Assembly: GCF_009914755.1 (NCBI RefSeq)
Contig: NC_060934.1
Source: the human T2T-CHM13v2.0 reference genome, Homo sapiens
DNA length: 64,000 nt
Direction: 5' to 3' (one strand)
The notes under the pieces are model-generated. The model had not been told where the DNA came from. It saw only the letters and a program-made list of their open reading frames with translations, and made no database searches. Within the stretch, counting starts at the first letter, position 1; the number at the start of each line of letters is the position of its first letter. The position numbers and the translations under genes were made by a program. Of this stretch, positions 13,426 through 29,023 are shown piece by piece.

Positions 13426-13659
13426 TATTTTTTAAAATAAACTGTTTAGAATTTTAGATGACAGTGTTACACAACTCACATTAGGAACCAGGAGTAATTT
13501 AGCATAGTGGTTCTCAGTTATGGCTGGCTGAGCGTCTGAATTCCTTTTTTTTTTTTTTTTTTTTTTTAACAAAAACATTAAATCAGAATCTCAGGGGTTG
13601 AGTCTGGGCTCTAATTTTTTATTTCTACATATAAAATATATATATAATATATATATGCA

Positions 13660-16325
13660 TACACATTTCATTAGCTTTGGGTACAAGTGGTTTTTGGTTA
13701 CATGGATAAATTGCATAGTGGTGAAGTATGAGATTTTAGTGCACCCATCACCTGAGTAGTGTACATTGTACCCAATATTTTTAAAATATTAAATATTAAA
13801 GAGATTTTTAAAATCTCTTACTCCTCTTCCACTCTTCCCCATTCTGAGTCTCCAGTGTTCATGATACTACTGTGTATGCCTTTGTGTACCCATAGCTTAG
13901 TTCTCACAAGTGAGAACATGCAGTATTTGGTTTTCCATTCCTGAGTTATTTCATTTAGAATAATGGCCTCTAGCTTCATTCAGGTTTCTGCAAAAGACGT
14001 TATTTTATTTATTTTCTTTTATGGCTGAGAGTATTCCATATATATATGTGTATATATATATGTGTGTGTAAATATATGTGTATATATGTGTATATACATA
14101 TGTGTGTGTATATATATGTATATATGTGTGTATATATGTGTGTGTATGTATATATATATATGTATATATATATCACTTTTTCTTTTTCCATTTATTGGTT
14201 GATGGGCACTTAGGTTGGTTCCGTATCTTTGCAATTGTGAATTGTGCCACAATAAACATATGCACGCAGGTGTCTTTTTGATGTAATGACTTCTTTTCCT
14301 GTGGGTAGATGCCCAGCAGTGGGATTGCTGGATCAAATGGTAGATTTACTTTTAGTACTTAAAGGAACGTCCGTGCCGTTTTCTGTAGAGGTTGTACTAA
14401 TTTACATTACTATACATTCTCGTAAGCATTCTCTTTTCTCCGCATCCATGCCAACACCTATTGGTTTTTGACTTTCTGATAGTCACCATTCTGGTGGGGG
14501 TAAGGTGGTACCTCACTGTGGTTTTAATTTGCATTTCCCTGATGATTAGTCATATTTAGCATTTTCTTACGTGTTTGTTGGTTATTTGTGTATCTTTCTT
14601 TGAGAAGTGTCTATTCATGTCATTTGTCCGCTTTTTGATGGGATTTTTTTTCTTGCTGATTTGAGTTCCCTGTAGATTCTGGATACCAGTCCTTTGTCAG
14701 ATGCATAGTTTCCAAATATTTTCTCCCATTTTGTGGGTTGTTTAATCTGATGATTATTTTCTTTGCTGTGCAGAAGATTTTTAGTTTAATTAGGTCTTAT
14801 TTACTTTTGTTTTTGTGGCATTTGCTTTTGGGGTCTTAGTCATAAATTCTTTGTCTAGACCATTGTCCAGAAGGGTTTTTCCTATGGTTTCTTCTAGAAT
14901 TTTTATGGTTTTTGGTTTTAGATTTAAGTATTTAATCCATCTTGAGTTGATTTTTGTATAAGGTGGGAGCTAGGGATCCAGTTTCATTCTTCTACGTATG
15001 GCTATCCAGTTTTCCCAGTACCATTTATTAGATAATGTGTCCTTTCCCCAATTTTGTTTCTGTATGCTTTGTCAAGGATCAGTTGGTTGTAAGTATTTGG
15101 CCTTATTTCTAGGTTCTCTATTCTTTTCCATTCTGTGTGTCTACTTTTATATCAGTACCATGCTGTTTTGCTTACTATAGCCTTGTAGTATAAAGTCAGG
15201 TAATGTGATGCCTCCAGATTAGTTCTTTTGCATAGGATTGCTTTGGCTATTTGAGCCATTTTTTGATTCCATAAGAATTTTAGGATTTTTCTCTATTTCT
15301 ATTGAAGCGATGTTCGTATTTTGATAGGAATTGCATTGAATCTATAGAGTGTTTTGGGCAGCATGGTTGTTTTCACAATATCGATTTTTCCAATCCATGA
15401 ACATGGGATGTATTTCCATTTGTTTGTATCATCTGTGATTTCTTTCAGTAGTGTTTTGTGGTTCTCCTTGTAGCAATCTTTCACCTCCTCTGTTAATATA
15501 CTCCTAGGGTTTTGTTGTTGTGTTGTTTTGTTTTTGCAGCTATCATAAAAGGGATTGAGTTCTTGATTTGATTTCTTAGTGATATGGTTTGGCCATGTCC
15601 CCTCCGAAAATCTCATCTTGAATTGTAGCTCCCATAATCCCCACATGTTGTGGGAGGGACCCAGTGGGAGGTAATTGAATCATGGTGGTGGGTTTTCCCC
15701 ATGCTGTTCTCATCATAGTGAATAAGTCTCACAAGATCTGATGGTTTTATAAAGGGCAGTTCACCTGCACAGGTTCTCCTGCCTGCCAGCATGTAAGACA
15801 TGCCTTTGCTCCTCCTTTGGCTTCTGCCATGATTGTGAGGTCTCCCCAGCCATGTGGAACTGTGAGTTCATTAAACCTCTCTTTCTTTATAAATTACCCA
15901 GTCTCGAGTATGTCTTTCTTAGCAGTGTGAGAATGGACTAATACACTCAGCTTGGTCGTTGTTGGTATATAGCAGCACTACCAATTTGTGTACATTGATT
16001 CTGTAGCATGAGACTTTACTGAATTCATTTATCAAATCTAGGATTCTTCTGGAAGAGTCTTTAGGGTTTTCTAGGTATATGAGCATATCATTGGCAAACA
16101 GATAGTTTGACTTTCTCTTTTCCAATTTGGATGCCCTTTATTTCTTTTTCTTGTCAGATTACTCTGACTAGGACTTCCAGTACTGTGTTGAATAGAAGTG
16201 TTGAAAGTAGGTATCCTTGTCTTGTTCCAGTTCTTAGGGGGAATGCTTTCAACTTTTCCCCATTCAGTATGTTGGCTCTGGGTTTGTCATAGATGGCTTT
16301 TCATATTTTGAGGTATGTTCCTCCT
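13660..16325 (-). mobile_element. L1 (L1PB-like) 3' portion, interrupted by a THE1 LTR and a (TA/TG)n tract
   Basis: ORF2 C-terminal remnants on the minus strand ([35 protein letters not shown]); L1PB-type 3' UTR; microsatellite at 14037-14172. Confidence 0.85.
15580..15945 (+). mobile_element. THE1 (MaLR) solo LTR
   Basis: Starts TGATATGGTTTGG, ends GGACTAATACA; 5-bp TSD cttag/ctcag inside the L1. Confidence 0.93.
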
Positions 16326-16454
16326 ATTGAGCTCTACTTTTTAAAAGTAAACAGTTTTATTTTAGCTTTTCAAGCTTCAAATTTTTATTTTTTGAAGTGG
16401 GCAGAGGTATATGTGCCTTTTTAAATTTTTTTTTTTGGAATAGCTTATATGAAA

Positions 16455-17768
16455 TGTCATACCCTAGGATTTTTAGTTCCAAGCCTCAGAAATTCTCTTT
16501 CAAGAATCAGATCCATGAAGTTCCCTTAAAAAGAGGATAATTAAAATAACCTGAAAAGTAAATGCATCCTAGATGAAAGCGTTAAATCTTTTTGGATTCC
16601 TCAAACACGCTACTGTATTGCCAGGGAAGATGGATATCGAAGGTATCATTGGTTGATATTCCCTGATGGTCACAGATATAACTATAATCACAGGTAAATG
16701 CACATCAGATCTTGAGATACGTTATAGTCAGGATATGGGTTGCCATCCAGTTTGAATGTCTGGGCATTCTGGTAATTTGAAAAGCAGCAATACAAAAGTG
16801 TTCTGCCTGTCCTGTAGTCAGCTCTCCAGGATGTCTCCTAATCCTGATAGGCATCAGAAAAACTTGAATGTCTTTCCCTGGGGCAGTCAGATCAACCGTC
16901 CTGGGGTTATGTCTTCAGTCAATAGTGAGACCACCTGAGAAAGTTTTTCAGGCTCTGCCTAGGTCTCTGGCTAGCCTCCTCTTTATCCCTGGTGTTTATC
17001 TGGATTTCAGGTGATTATTGGTATTCCTCCAGGCTGGGGGTAATATTTCCATGTACAGGTGGTTCTACAGGTTTGGCAGTCTACAGGAGTAGATTAGAGT
17101 CTTTAAACTGAGTGTCCTAACTTCCTTTGCTCTGGGAAGAAGTCCTAACTTCCTTTGCTCTGGGAAGAAGTCCTAACTTCCTTTGCTCTGGGAAGAAGTC
17201 CTAACTTCCTTTGCTCTGGGAAGAAGTCCTAACTTCCTTTGCTCTGGGAAGAAGTCCTAACTTCCTTTGCTCTGGGAAGAAGTCCTAACTTCCTTTGCTC
17301 TGGGAAGAAGTCTTAACTTCCTTTGCTCTGGGAAGAAGTCCTAACTTCCTTTGCTCAGGGAAGAAGTCCTTGAGGTGTAAGACTCACTGTGGCTCCAACC
17401 CCTACCGTCCAATATTTGCATTCACTCCTTAGTAATTTTATTACTCACACTAGTGTTTTGAGGCTTCACAGGTATCCCAGTACCTAGGCAGTGCCTGATA
17501 ATTTCCACAGGTTTATTTTCTCTTTAACATAGTGTTCATAATTCTTCACTGATTCCACAAAGGCCAAGATGCATGGCAGGTGGAATTTTAGGGAGTGACC
17601 AGGTAAGCCTCCCTGGGCTTGGTGCTGACTGTTGACAGGGTGCTCACCAGGGCCCCATCAGGGCTCTTCGTTTGCTCTTCTCACGGGACAGCACAGCCTC
17701 ATCCACCATTGATTTTCCACTGCTGTCGGTGTCCTTACTGTCTTCCGGGTTAGACCTTAGGTGATAAC
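16455..17768. mobile_element. Probable ancient long LTR (family uncertain) hosting a VNTR
   Basis: Block bounded by TGTCA... and ...TGATAACA with no long ORF and no TSD retained; family not established. Confidence 0.4.
17114..17370. repeat. 28-bp VNTR, 9 copies + 5 nt (GTCCTAACTTCCTTTGCTCTGGGAAGAA)
   Basis: Seven perfect copies; single substitutions in copies 8 and 9. Confidence 0.97.
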
Positions 17769-18045
17769 ATACAACGTCTGTGTTTTTAAAGTGTGCTAAG
17801 TCAAATTTTCTTAAATATACATAATTTTGTCAGTTTTAAATTACCAGATACATTCAAGAATTATATTAATTGCTGCTGAGTTAGAATTGCATTTTAAAGA
17901 GAATAGTTTTATGAAATTTGAACTTGAAGAATAGAGTAGGAAATGTTAGATGGTTACCCTAAACATTGTAAATAATAGGGAGGGAAGAGGATCCGATGTC
18001 TGACTCATGGCAAGTAATTGACTTTGAAAAATACGAATTTTCTAA

Positions 18046-18468
<423 letters not shown>

Positions 18469-18759
18469 TATTATTATTTTTTAAATGTAGTTTGCTTTTG
18501 AAAGAACAACACAATAGTAAATACTTAATACATGTACTGTTAATAATATTTGCATATTAAATTGTGGGTATGTTTTAGTATAAATGGGCACTAATTTTAT
18601 ACTTTATCCAGTCTCACACTTTAAATAGACATTGTATCACTTAGGAGAAGGGCAATTATTCTGTTGTGGGAGTGGAGAAGAAAGGCTGAAACAGAGTCTA
18701 ATGAAGTACATTATTTCAACACTTCTTTCTCTTCCTTTTTAATGGAACCCTGCTCCTCA

Positions 18760-21887
<3,128 letters not shown>

Positions 21888-22569
21888 TTCATTCCTTTAT
21901 TAAGCAAGATGTGTAACTTTTGGTGTAAGCTGTTTGTATTGGAACAGATTGAAAATTCCTATTGTCTCTCTGCCCTTGAATACCTTTAGCCGTGGTACTG
22001 ATGTACTGATATGTTCTCTAGGTAATTCACATTCCACCAGTTTTGAAGTACAGAATTGTTATTTGCTATTTTTATCAGATATGAAGTCTACTGTTATACA
22101 ACCTACAAATTATGACAAATCTCTCAAAAAATTTGAGAAATGAAACATTCTCGTTAAATTTAGCATGGACTAGTGTGATTCCTATATAATTGAATAACCA
22201 ATTAAAATGAATATTAATAAAAATGTTAACATATCATCTGTTTCTTCAATTTTTAAGTTCCTAGTAGACAGTGATTGTGTCATTGTAATTAACTTGTTAG
22301 GAAATATTATAGCAGATGACAGGATCACAGTAATCCCTGATCTACCATGCTGGTAATTACTCAAAGTTGGCTGTCTCAAACTAGAAATATAACGAAGAGT
22401 TTCCTTTTCTTTTTTAAATTTACCTCTTTTATTGGCATACATTCTATTTATATCAGTAACATCTACAGAATGTTTATTGTATGTTATAGAAATGGCAATT
22501 CAAAGCATTTAAAAAGCAAAGATTACATACTTTATTATATTTGAGTCTCATTATTCATCATAGTTATGC

Positions 22570-23570
22570 AGTGAATTGATGAATGCTGACCTGTTGTCCT
22601 AGGGGAAATAGAGTTTGGTCCCTGTGAGCCTCTGGTCACAACACTTTTATAAACCAAAGTGCCATTTGCATTAGATGGGTTTATTTGCCAGTGTCGTTGT
22701 AAAACAAGCCAGTTTCTTCCACATAACCCATTCCCTGTGTAACCTTTAGCAAATATTAAAAAATTTCTTTTGCAGCCTCCTGATCTGCAGAAGCTGCCTT
22801 GCCTTCAAATTTAACGGTTTCATGCCATATCACCTTTTGAACATGAGACAGCCAGCACTAGCCAAGAAGGGTTTAACGTTTTCCTGACCCTGTGTAAAGA
22901 GACCATGAATTTCTTTGGCTTTCAGCTTCACAACATTGCTGTTCACCACACTTACTGTTTAATTGATCGTCATCCCATGAATCCACAAAGTTAGCCACTT
23001 TTCTATAACTTCATCACATGCTATAGATGTTACTGTAGCACTTTTGGGAATGGCCTCATACACAGATTAGCACATTTTCTCTTCATTTTTCTGGATATAT
23101 CATATTGTTGAATCATTGACATTGAACTCAAGGCCAGTAGCACTATAATTCATACCTGAACAAAAGCTCGTCTAATACATACACATGTATGGTGTTATAG
23201 TGTCTCTGTAAGGCACATCACAGCCTTCTTGCACTTAGGAACACTAGCACTTCAGCATTACACTTGGGGGCCACCATAAACGGCAAAATCACAACAAAAA
23301 GCAGAAAAAAGCGAAAAACCTGGTGTCATAGATGTCGAGACGGATGCCTGTTATTACAGTATGAGAATTGAAACAAGAAGGCAGAGCATGGTCACGGAGG
23401 CCCCAGCTGGGAGTGTGCATGCTGAATGACTCAGTTTTCAGCTGCTCCATGCATGTCTGAGGTCATATGATGTCAGAACACCATGAGGGTTGATTTTGGG
23501 ATTACAAATAATTTTAGCAGGTAGGAACATTTGCAAATACATAACCTGCAAATAATGAGAATCGATGTAG
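22570..23570. mobile_element. Tigger6/MER82-like DNA transposon relic
   Basis: cacatcacagccttcttgcacttaggaacactagcacttcagc...gggggcc resembles this family. Confidence 0.55.
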
Positions 23571-23746
23571 GTAAAATAGCTACAGCTTTTCTATATCAGG
23601 ATTTTTATATCTTTTAATAGATGTAAAGATTTTAATAGATATAAAGATGAAAAGATTTTCACATCTTTTAATATCTCATTTAAAAATCAATTTTGTACTG
23701 AATTTCATGGCTACAAATGAAATATAAGAAAATTTCTCTTATTTTC

Positions 23747-23833
23747 TCTCCCATCCAAGTACTCACCAGGCCCAATCCTGCTTAGCTTCCAAGATCAGGT
23801 GAGATCAGGTGTGTTCAGGGTGATATGACCGTA
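23747..23833 (-). pseudogene. 5S rRNA pseudogene (about nt 4-90, 3'-truncated)
   Basis: Reverse complement tacggtcatatcaccctgaacacacctgatctcacctgatcttggaagctaagcaggattgggcctggtgagtacttggatgggaga aligns to 5S rRNA with CpG-decay changes. Confidence 0.93.
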
Positions 23834-24259
23834 TTTTATATTCTATTAATTGGACATCTTTTTTTCCATGTAATTTTCTCTCTCTTTCCAAGCTAGGCAG
23901 TAGTGGCTTAGTATATAATATGCTCCTGGTGTATATGACTTTAAAAGAAGAATCAGTGTTTGGCTTTTGGCTTTGGCTTTTTATTTTATTTGTTTATTTA
24001 TTTTCAGAAAGCATCTCATATGGTTAAAAAGAAATTCAGATTTTTATGCTGAAAAAGGTACTTTTTTGGTACGTAGCTTTAAAATTTTAGGTTGAGAAAA
24101 GTGTACGTAAAAATCTTGAAGGAAAAGATGGAGAAATTTGACTACATACAATTTAAAAATGAAAAACCCTGTTGTTAACAAAGAAGGGAACTGGAACTGT
24201 ATTGGCAACATAGATGATAACCCAAAGGATAATATTCTTATGGTATATAAAGAATTTTT

Positions 24260-24410
24260 GGCTGGGTATGGTGGCCCACACCTGTAATCCCAGCACTTTG
24301 GGAGACCAAAGCAGGAGGATCTCTTGAGGCCAGTAGTTTGAGACCAGCCTGGGCAATATAGTGAGACCCCATCTCTACCAAAACAGCAACAACAATGAGA
24401 AACAAAAAAA
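24260..24410 (+). mobile_element. Free left Alu monomer (FLAM-like)
   Basis: Left-arm sequence only, with an A-rich tail. Confidence 0.8.
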
Positions 24411-24919
24411 GGAATTTTGAAGAATCATTAAGAAAATCGCGAACAATACAGTGGGAACACAAGTGGTACTTTTCTAAAGAAGAGCTACAAACACACAAAA
24501 AAGGTTTTGCTTGAAATGATGTTTGGCTTCGCTAGTAATTTTTTAAAAAGCAAATTAAGACATGGTATGATTTTTGCACTTCTGGTTTTGGCCAAGATTT
24601 AAAAAAGACCAAAAATCTAAAAAGATTAACTATTAGCCATAATATTTATAATTTAAAAACTCTTGCCTTTATTCAGAGGGGAACTTCCACCCTCTTTTAC
24701 CATAACCAAAGAGGTCCTCGTTGGGAGACTGGCTGTCATCATGGTGATGTATTGACATTTTGGTGTACAAGAGACTTAAACCAGTTCTAAAAGGACAAGG
24801 GAATCCTTTGAGAAACCTATATACAGTTACTGGGCCATTGAGTGGCAAACCTTGAGGGAGGAGATAGAAAACAACAAATTTCAAGCACATGAGTGCAAAA
24901 GCCTGACCATTTAATTTAC

Positions 24920-25127
24920 AGCAGGGATTTTTCAAGTGTGATGGACTTTACCCTGCAGTGGTTATTTGTCTCTGTGTGGAGACAATTTTGATCATCATGC
25001 CTTGGAGGATACTATGGGTTTCAACTGGGTAAAGGCCAGGGATGCTGCTGAACATCTGATGATGCACAGGATGGCCCCACAACCAAGAACCATTGGCCTC
25101 AAATAGCTCCAAGGTTGAGAGAACCTG
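24920..25127. mobile_element. MER20 DNA transposon relic
   Basis: ggccagggatgctgctgaacatctgatgatgcacaggatggcccc motif. Confidence 0.75.
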
Positions 25128-26042
25128 CTGTAGAGAGAAGCAGCCCCTGTGCAACTGAGTCGATTTTTCTGTATTGTTGCATATGATGACCCTGGGGAGT
25201 TAGAAAACATGTTTATTTATACTCTGTTTAAGCAGATATGGGCATTTCAAATAAACGTTACAGTTGCAATCACATCTTAAGAAAATTTTTAATGCTTAAA
25301 TCACTTACTTGGAAAAATTATAGAATGTATTTTTAAATTAGGATAAATCAAACCTTACTGTATTTTGGTGTTTTATTTACACAAAGCACATAACTCAAAC
25401 TCATGGATGGTAGATCCTTTTTCTTCTGTTCATGTGATTAATTTCTTAGCATAAATATGCTATATGCTTTAAAGTTCTAATCACAAAGATGTTATATACT
25501 TTAGCTTAAAGGCCCTTATTAAGTAAAAACAAAACAAAATAACTAGTTCCCTAACCTTCAGATAATGTGAGAACCATAAATTTGGAAGTAAACTAGTGGA
25601 TTATATTCACTTGAGAAGTAACATATTTGTGGAGTGGAGAATTTCAGGTTGTTTGGTCTGAGTTTTCATACATATCCAGGTCATGATTCTGAATACTTAT
25701 TTAATAAAAACACAAAAAAAGAGCTACGTTAAAAATACAAACAAAAAATACCTTTCTATTACTTACCTATTTTCAATGATCTAGGCACAGATCTCCTCAC
25801 TGGTATTTGAGGATTGGCAGTATAGGCTGTCTTATGTTCTTTGATATTTCTAATGGCAGACAAGAGGGTATTAGAAAGAGTCAAGTTTGTTTTTTTAACT
25901 GAATTTTACAATTAACACTTAAGCAGTTATTTTTATGGATAAGCTACTGCATACCATAGTGAACTTTTGATGCCTAGCACTTGGCAATTTCAGGAAAATA
26001 ATTTAGATTTAAAATATGGTAAAATGTTAAATTGTAGCATAA

Positions 26043-26405
<363 letters not shown>

Positions 26406-26639
26406 TAAAAGTTAAAAATTAACAGTAATGACAATGAAAGCACACGTAAGCTACTTTCCTAGAGGGTGGGGGAGGTCTCGAGGAAAGGAAGGGGCAACAT
26501 GTTTAAAAATCAGGAATCCTGGTTTGGAAATTCTTTGTAATTCTTTGTAAGTTCATAATTTTAATAGACGCTATAAAAATAGTCCTCTGCTGACTCCTTG
26601 CTTGAACAAAGTGACAGGTAAATTTGCTGCAGTGACTTT

Positions 26640-29021
26640 TAGAAAAAGTATACAAATCAGTGGTTTCTACTGTATTTACAAGGTATTGTAGCCGTTACCA
26701 CCGTCTAATTCCAGAGCATTTTCACTACCCCAAAAAGAAACCCCAGATCCAAGAGCAGCCATTTCCCTTTTCTTCTCACCCGATCCCCGGGCACCTTCCA
26801 GTTTTTCTGTGTATTTGTCTGTTCTGGACGTTTCATGTAAATGAAATCATATAATATGTGGCCTTTTGTTTCTGGCTGCTTTCACTTAGAATGTTTTCGA
26901 GGCTCATCCATGTTGCAGCATGTGTCAGTACCTTATTCCTTTTTCCGGCCAAATAACATTTCATTGTATGAATGATATTCCATTGGATATAACACATTTT
27001 GTTTATCCATTCATCAGTTGATGGACATTTGGGTTTTTTCCACTTTTAGGCTAATATCAGTAATACTGCGTGGATGTACATGTACGTGTTTTTGTGTGGA
27101 TGTATGTTTTCAGTTCTTTCGTGTATATATGTAGGAGTGGAATTGCTGGGTCATTTGGGAACTCCATGTTTTCTTTTTGAGGAACTGCCATACTGTTTTT
27201 GAAAGCAGCTGCACCATTTTACATTACCACCAGCAATGTATGAAAACACCGGTTTCTATTATTGTACCAGTTTCTATTATTCTATTATTCCTTTTTGTCT
27301 TTTCCTTTTTTTTTTTTTTTTTTTTTATTTTGACACAGGGTCTCGCTGTGTCACCCAGGTTGGAGTACAGTGGTGAGATCTTGGCTCACTGCAGCCTTTG
27401 CTTCTGGGCTCAAGTGATCCTTGACTTCAGCCTCCTGAGTAGCTGGGACTATAGGTGTTTGCCACCATACCCAGCTAATTTTTTTTTTTTTTTTTTGTAG
27501 AGACGGGGTTTCACCATGTTGGCCAGGCTGGTCTTGAACTCCTGGGCTCAAGTGATCTGCCTTCTTCGGCCTCCTAAAGTGCTGGCATTACAGGCGTGAG
27601 CCACTGCACCCAGCCTATTGTATGATTTCTTGATTGAAGCCATCCTAGTGGTTATGAACTAGCATCTCATTGTGATTTTGATTTGCATTTCTGTAATGAC
27701 TAATGTTAAGCATCTTTTTATGTACTTACTGGCCTGGCCATTTGTGTATCTTTTTTGGAGAAACATCTGTTCAGATCCTTTATCCATGTTTTAATTGCGT
27801 TATCTGTATTTCTATTGTTGTAATAATTTTATTCCAAATAGAACTTCTTTATCAGATATATGATTTGCAGGGTTTTTTGTTTTTTTTTTTTTTTTTTTTT
27901 TTACATTATGTGGTTGTCTTTTCACTTAATGGTGTTCTTTGAAACACAAAACTTTTTAATGTTGAAGTCCACTTTATTTTTTCTTTAGTTGCATTTTGAC
28001 ATGATCCCTCTTTTTTTTTTTTTTCTAATAGCTGACTGTACTCCACTGTATGGATGCCCCATACCGTATTCAGCCAGTTCCTTATTGATTTACTATTACA
28101 GATAGGGCTATGATAAATGATTTTATGTATACATCATTTTGTGATTTTTGCCAGTGAGATTGGTGGGTCAAAGAGTAAATGTATATGTAATTTTGGTGAT
28201 TATTGCCATGTTCCCCTCTCTAGAGATGGTGACATTTTGTGTTCCCACCAGTAGTGTATGAGAATCCCTATTTCCCTGCAGCCTGTAGAGCAGAGTACAT
28301 TGCCAGGCTTTTAGAGTTTTGCTAGTCTAATAAGTAGAAATGATATATTACATGTAATCTAAAAATTGCTCTGCTCTAATGATGAGATAAATTAAGCATC
28401 TTTTAATAAATTTATAGGCCTTTTGCATTACTTTTTGTGTTTTCTGCTTGTCCATATCGTTTGCTCATTTTTTTAAATTGGATTTTGGGGCGTATTCTGA
28501 AATTTCAGAGGTTCTTTACATATTAGGGATATTAGCTCTGAATTTATAAGTTGCAAATATTTCTTACACTTTTGCCTATTCAATTTGTCACTTATATTTT
28601 TACTTTGTTTACCGTGTATTTGGGATGTGCAAAGAGTTTACTTTTGCTTATTTTGGGGTTTTGTGTTTGTTTGCTTGTTTGTTTCTACTCTTTGGTTTTA
28701 AAGGAATCTACTCATATTTTCATCTAATACTTGATTTTGATTTTCTGATTTTTGATTGTATTTTTCATTCATTCTTTTGAGTTTTCTGGATATATAATCA
28801 TATCATAGGTGCCATCTGCAAATAGAAGATGTTTTACCTCTTTTTTCCAGTTCTGATTCCTCTGATTGCCTTCTCTTATGTAATTGCATTGGTAAATACC
28901 CCCAAAGCAGTATTGAGTAAGAAGGGATATAGTGAGGATCCTTAACTGTTTCCTTATTTTAGCACAAAATCTTCTAATATTTCTCCATTAAGTAAAATGA
29001 TGGCTTTGAAGCTGATATGTA
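26640..29021 (-). mobile_element. Old L1M fragments (interrupted by Alu 27306-27615; L1-like sequence resumes after Tigger1 to ~31640)
   Basis: Typical antisense L1M 3' sequence (ccattcatcagttgatggacatttggg, gaattgctgggtca). Confidence 0.75.
27306..27615 (-). mobile_element. Alu
   Basis: Alu consensus match in reverse. Confidence 0.9.
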
Positions 29022-29023
29022 TA

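Noticed and set aside
17114-17370. CRISPR-like appearance of the 28-bp array (and the 50-bp array at 43341-43990)
   Set aside because: Head-to-tail repeats with no unique spacers, no cas genes and a mammalian context; these are VNTRs.
16426-17768. Minus-strand processed pseudogene suggested by the T run at 16426-16436
   Set aside because: The frames I read are stop-ridden with no recognisable protein and no polyA signal/TSD; TG...CA ends fit an LTR better.
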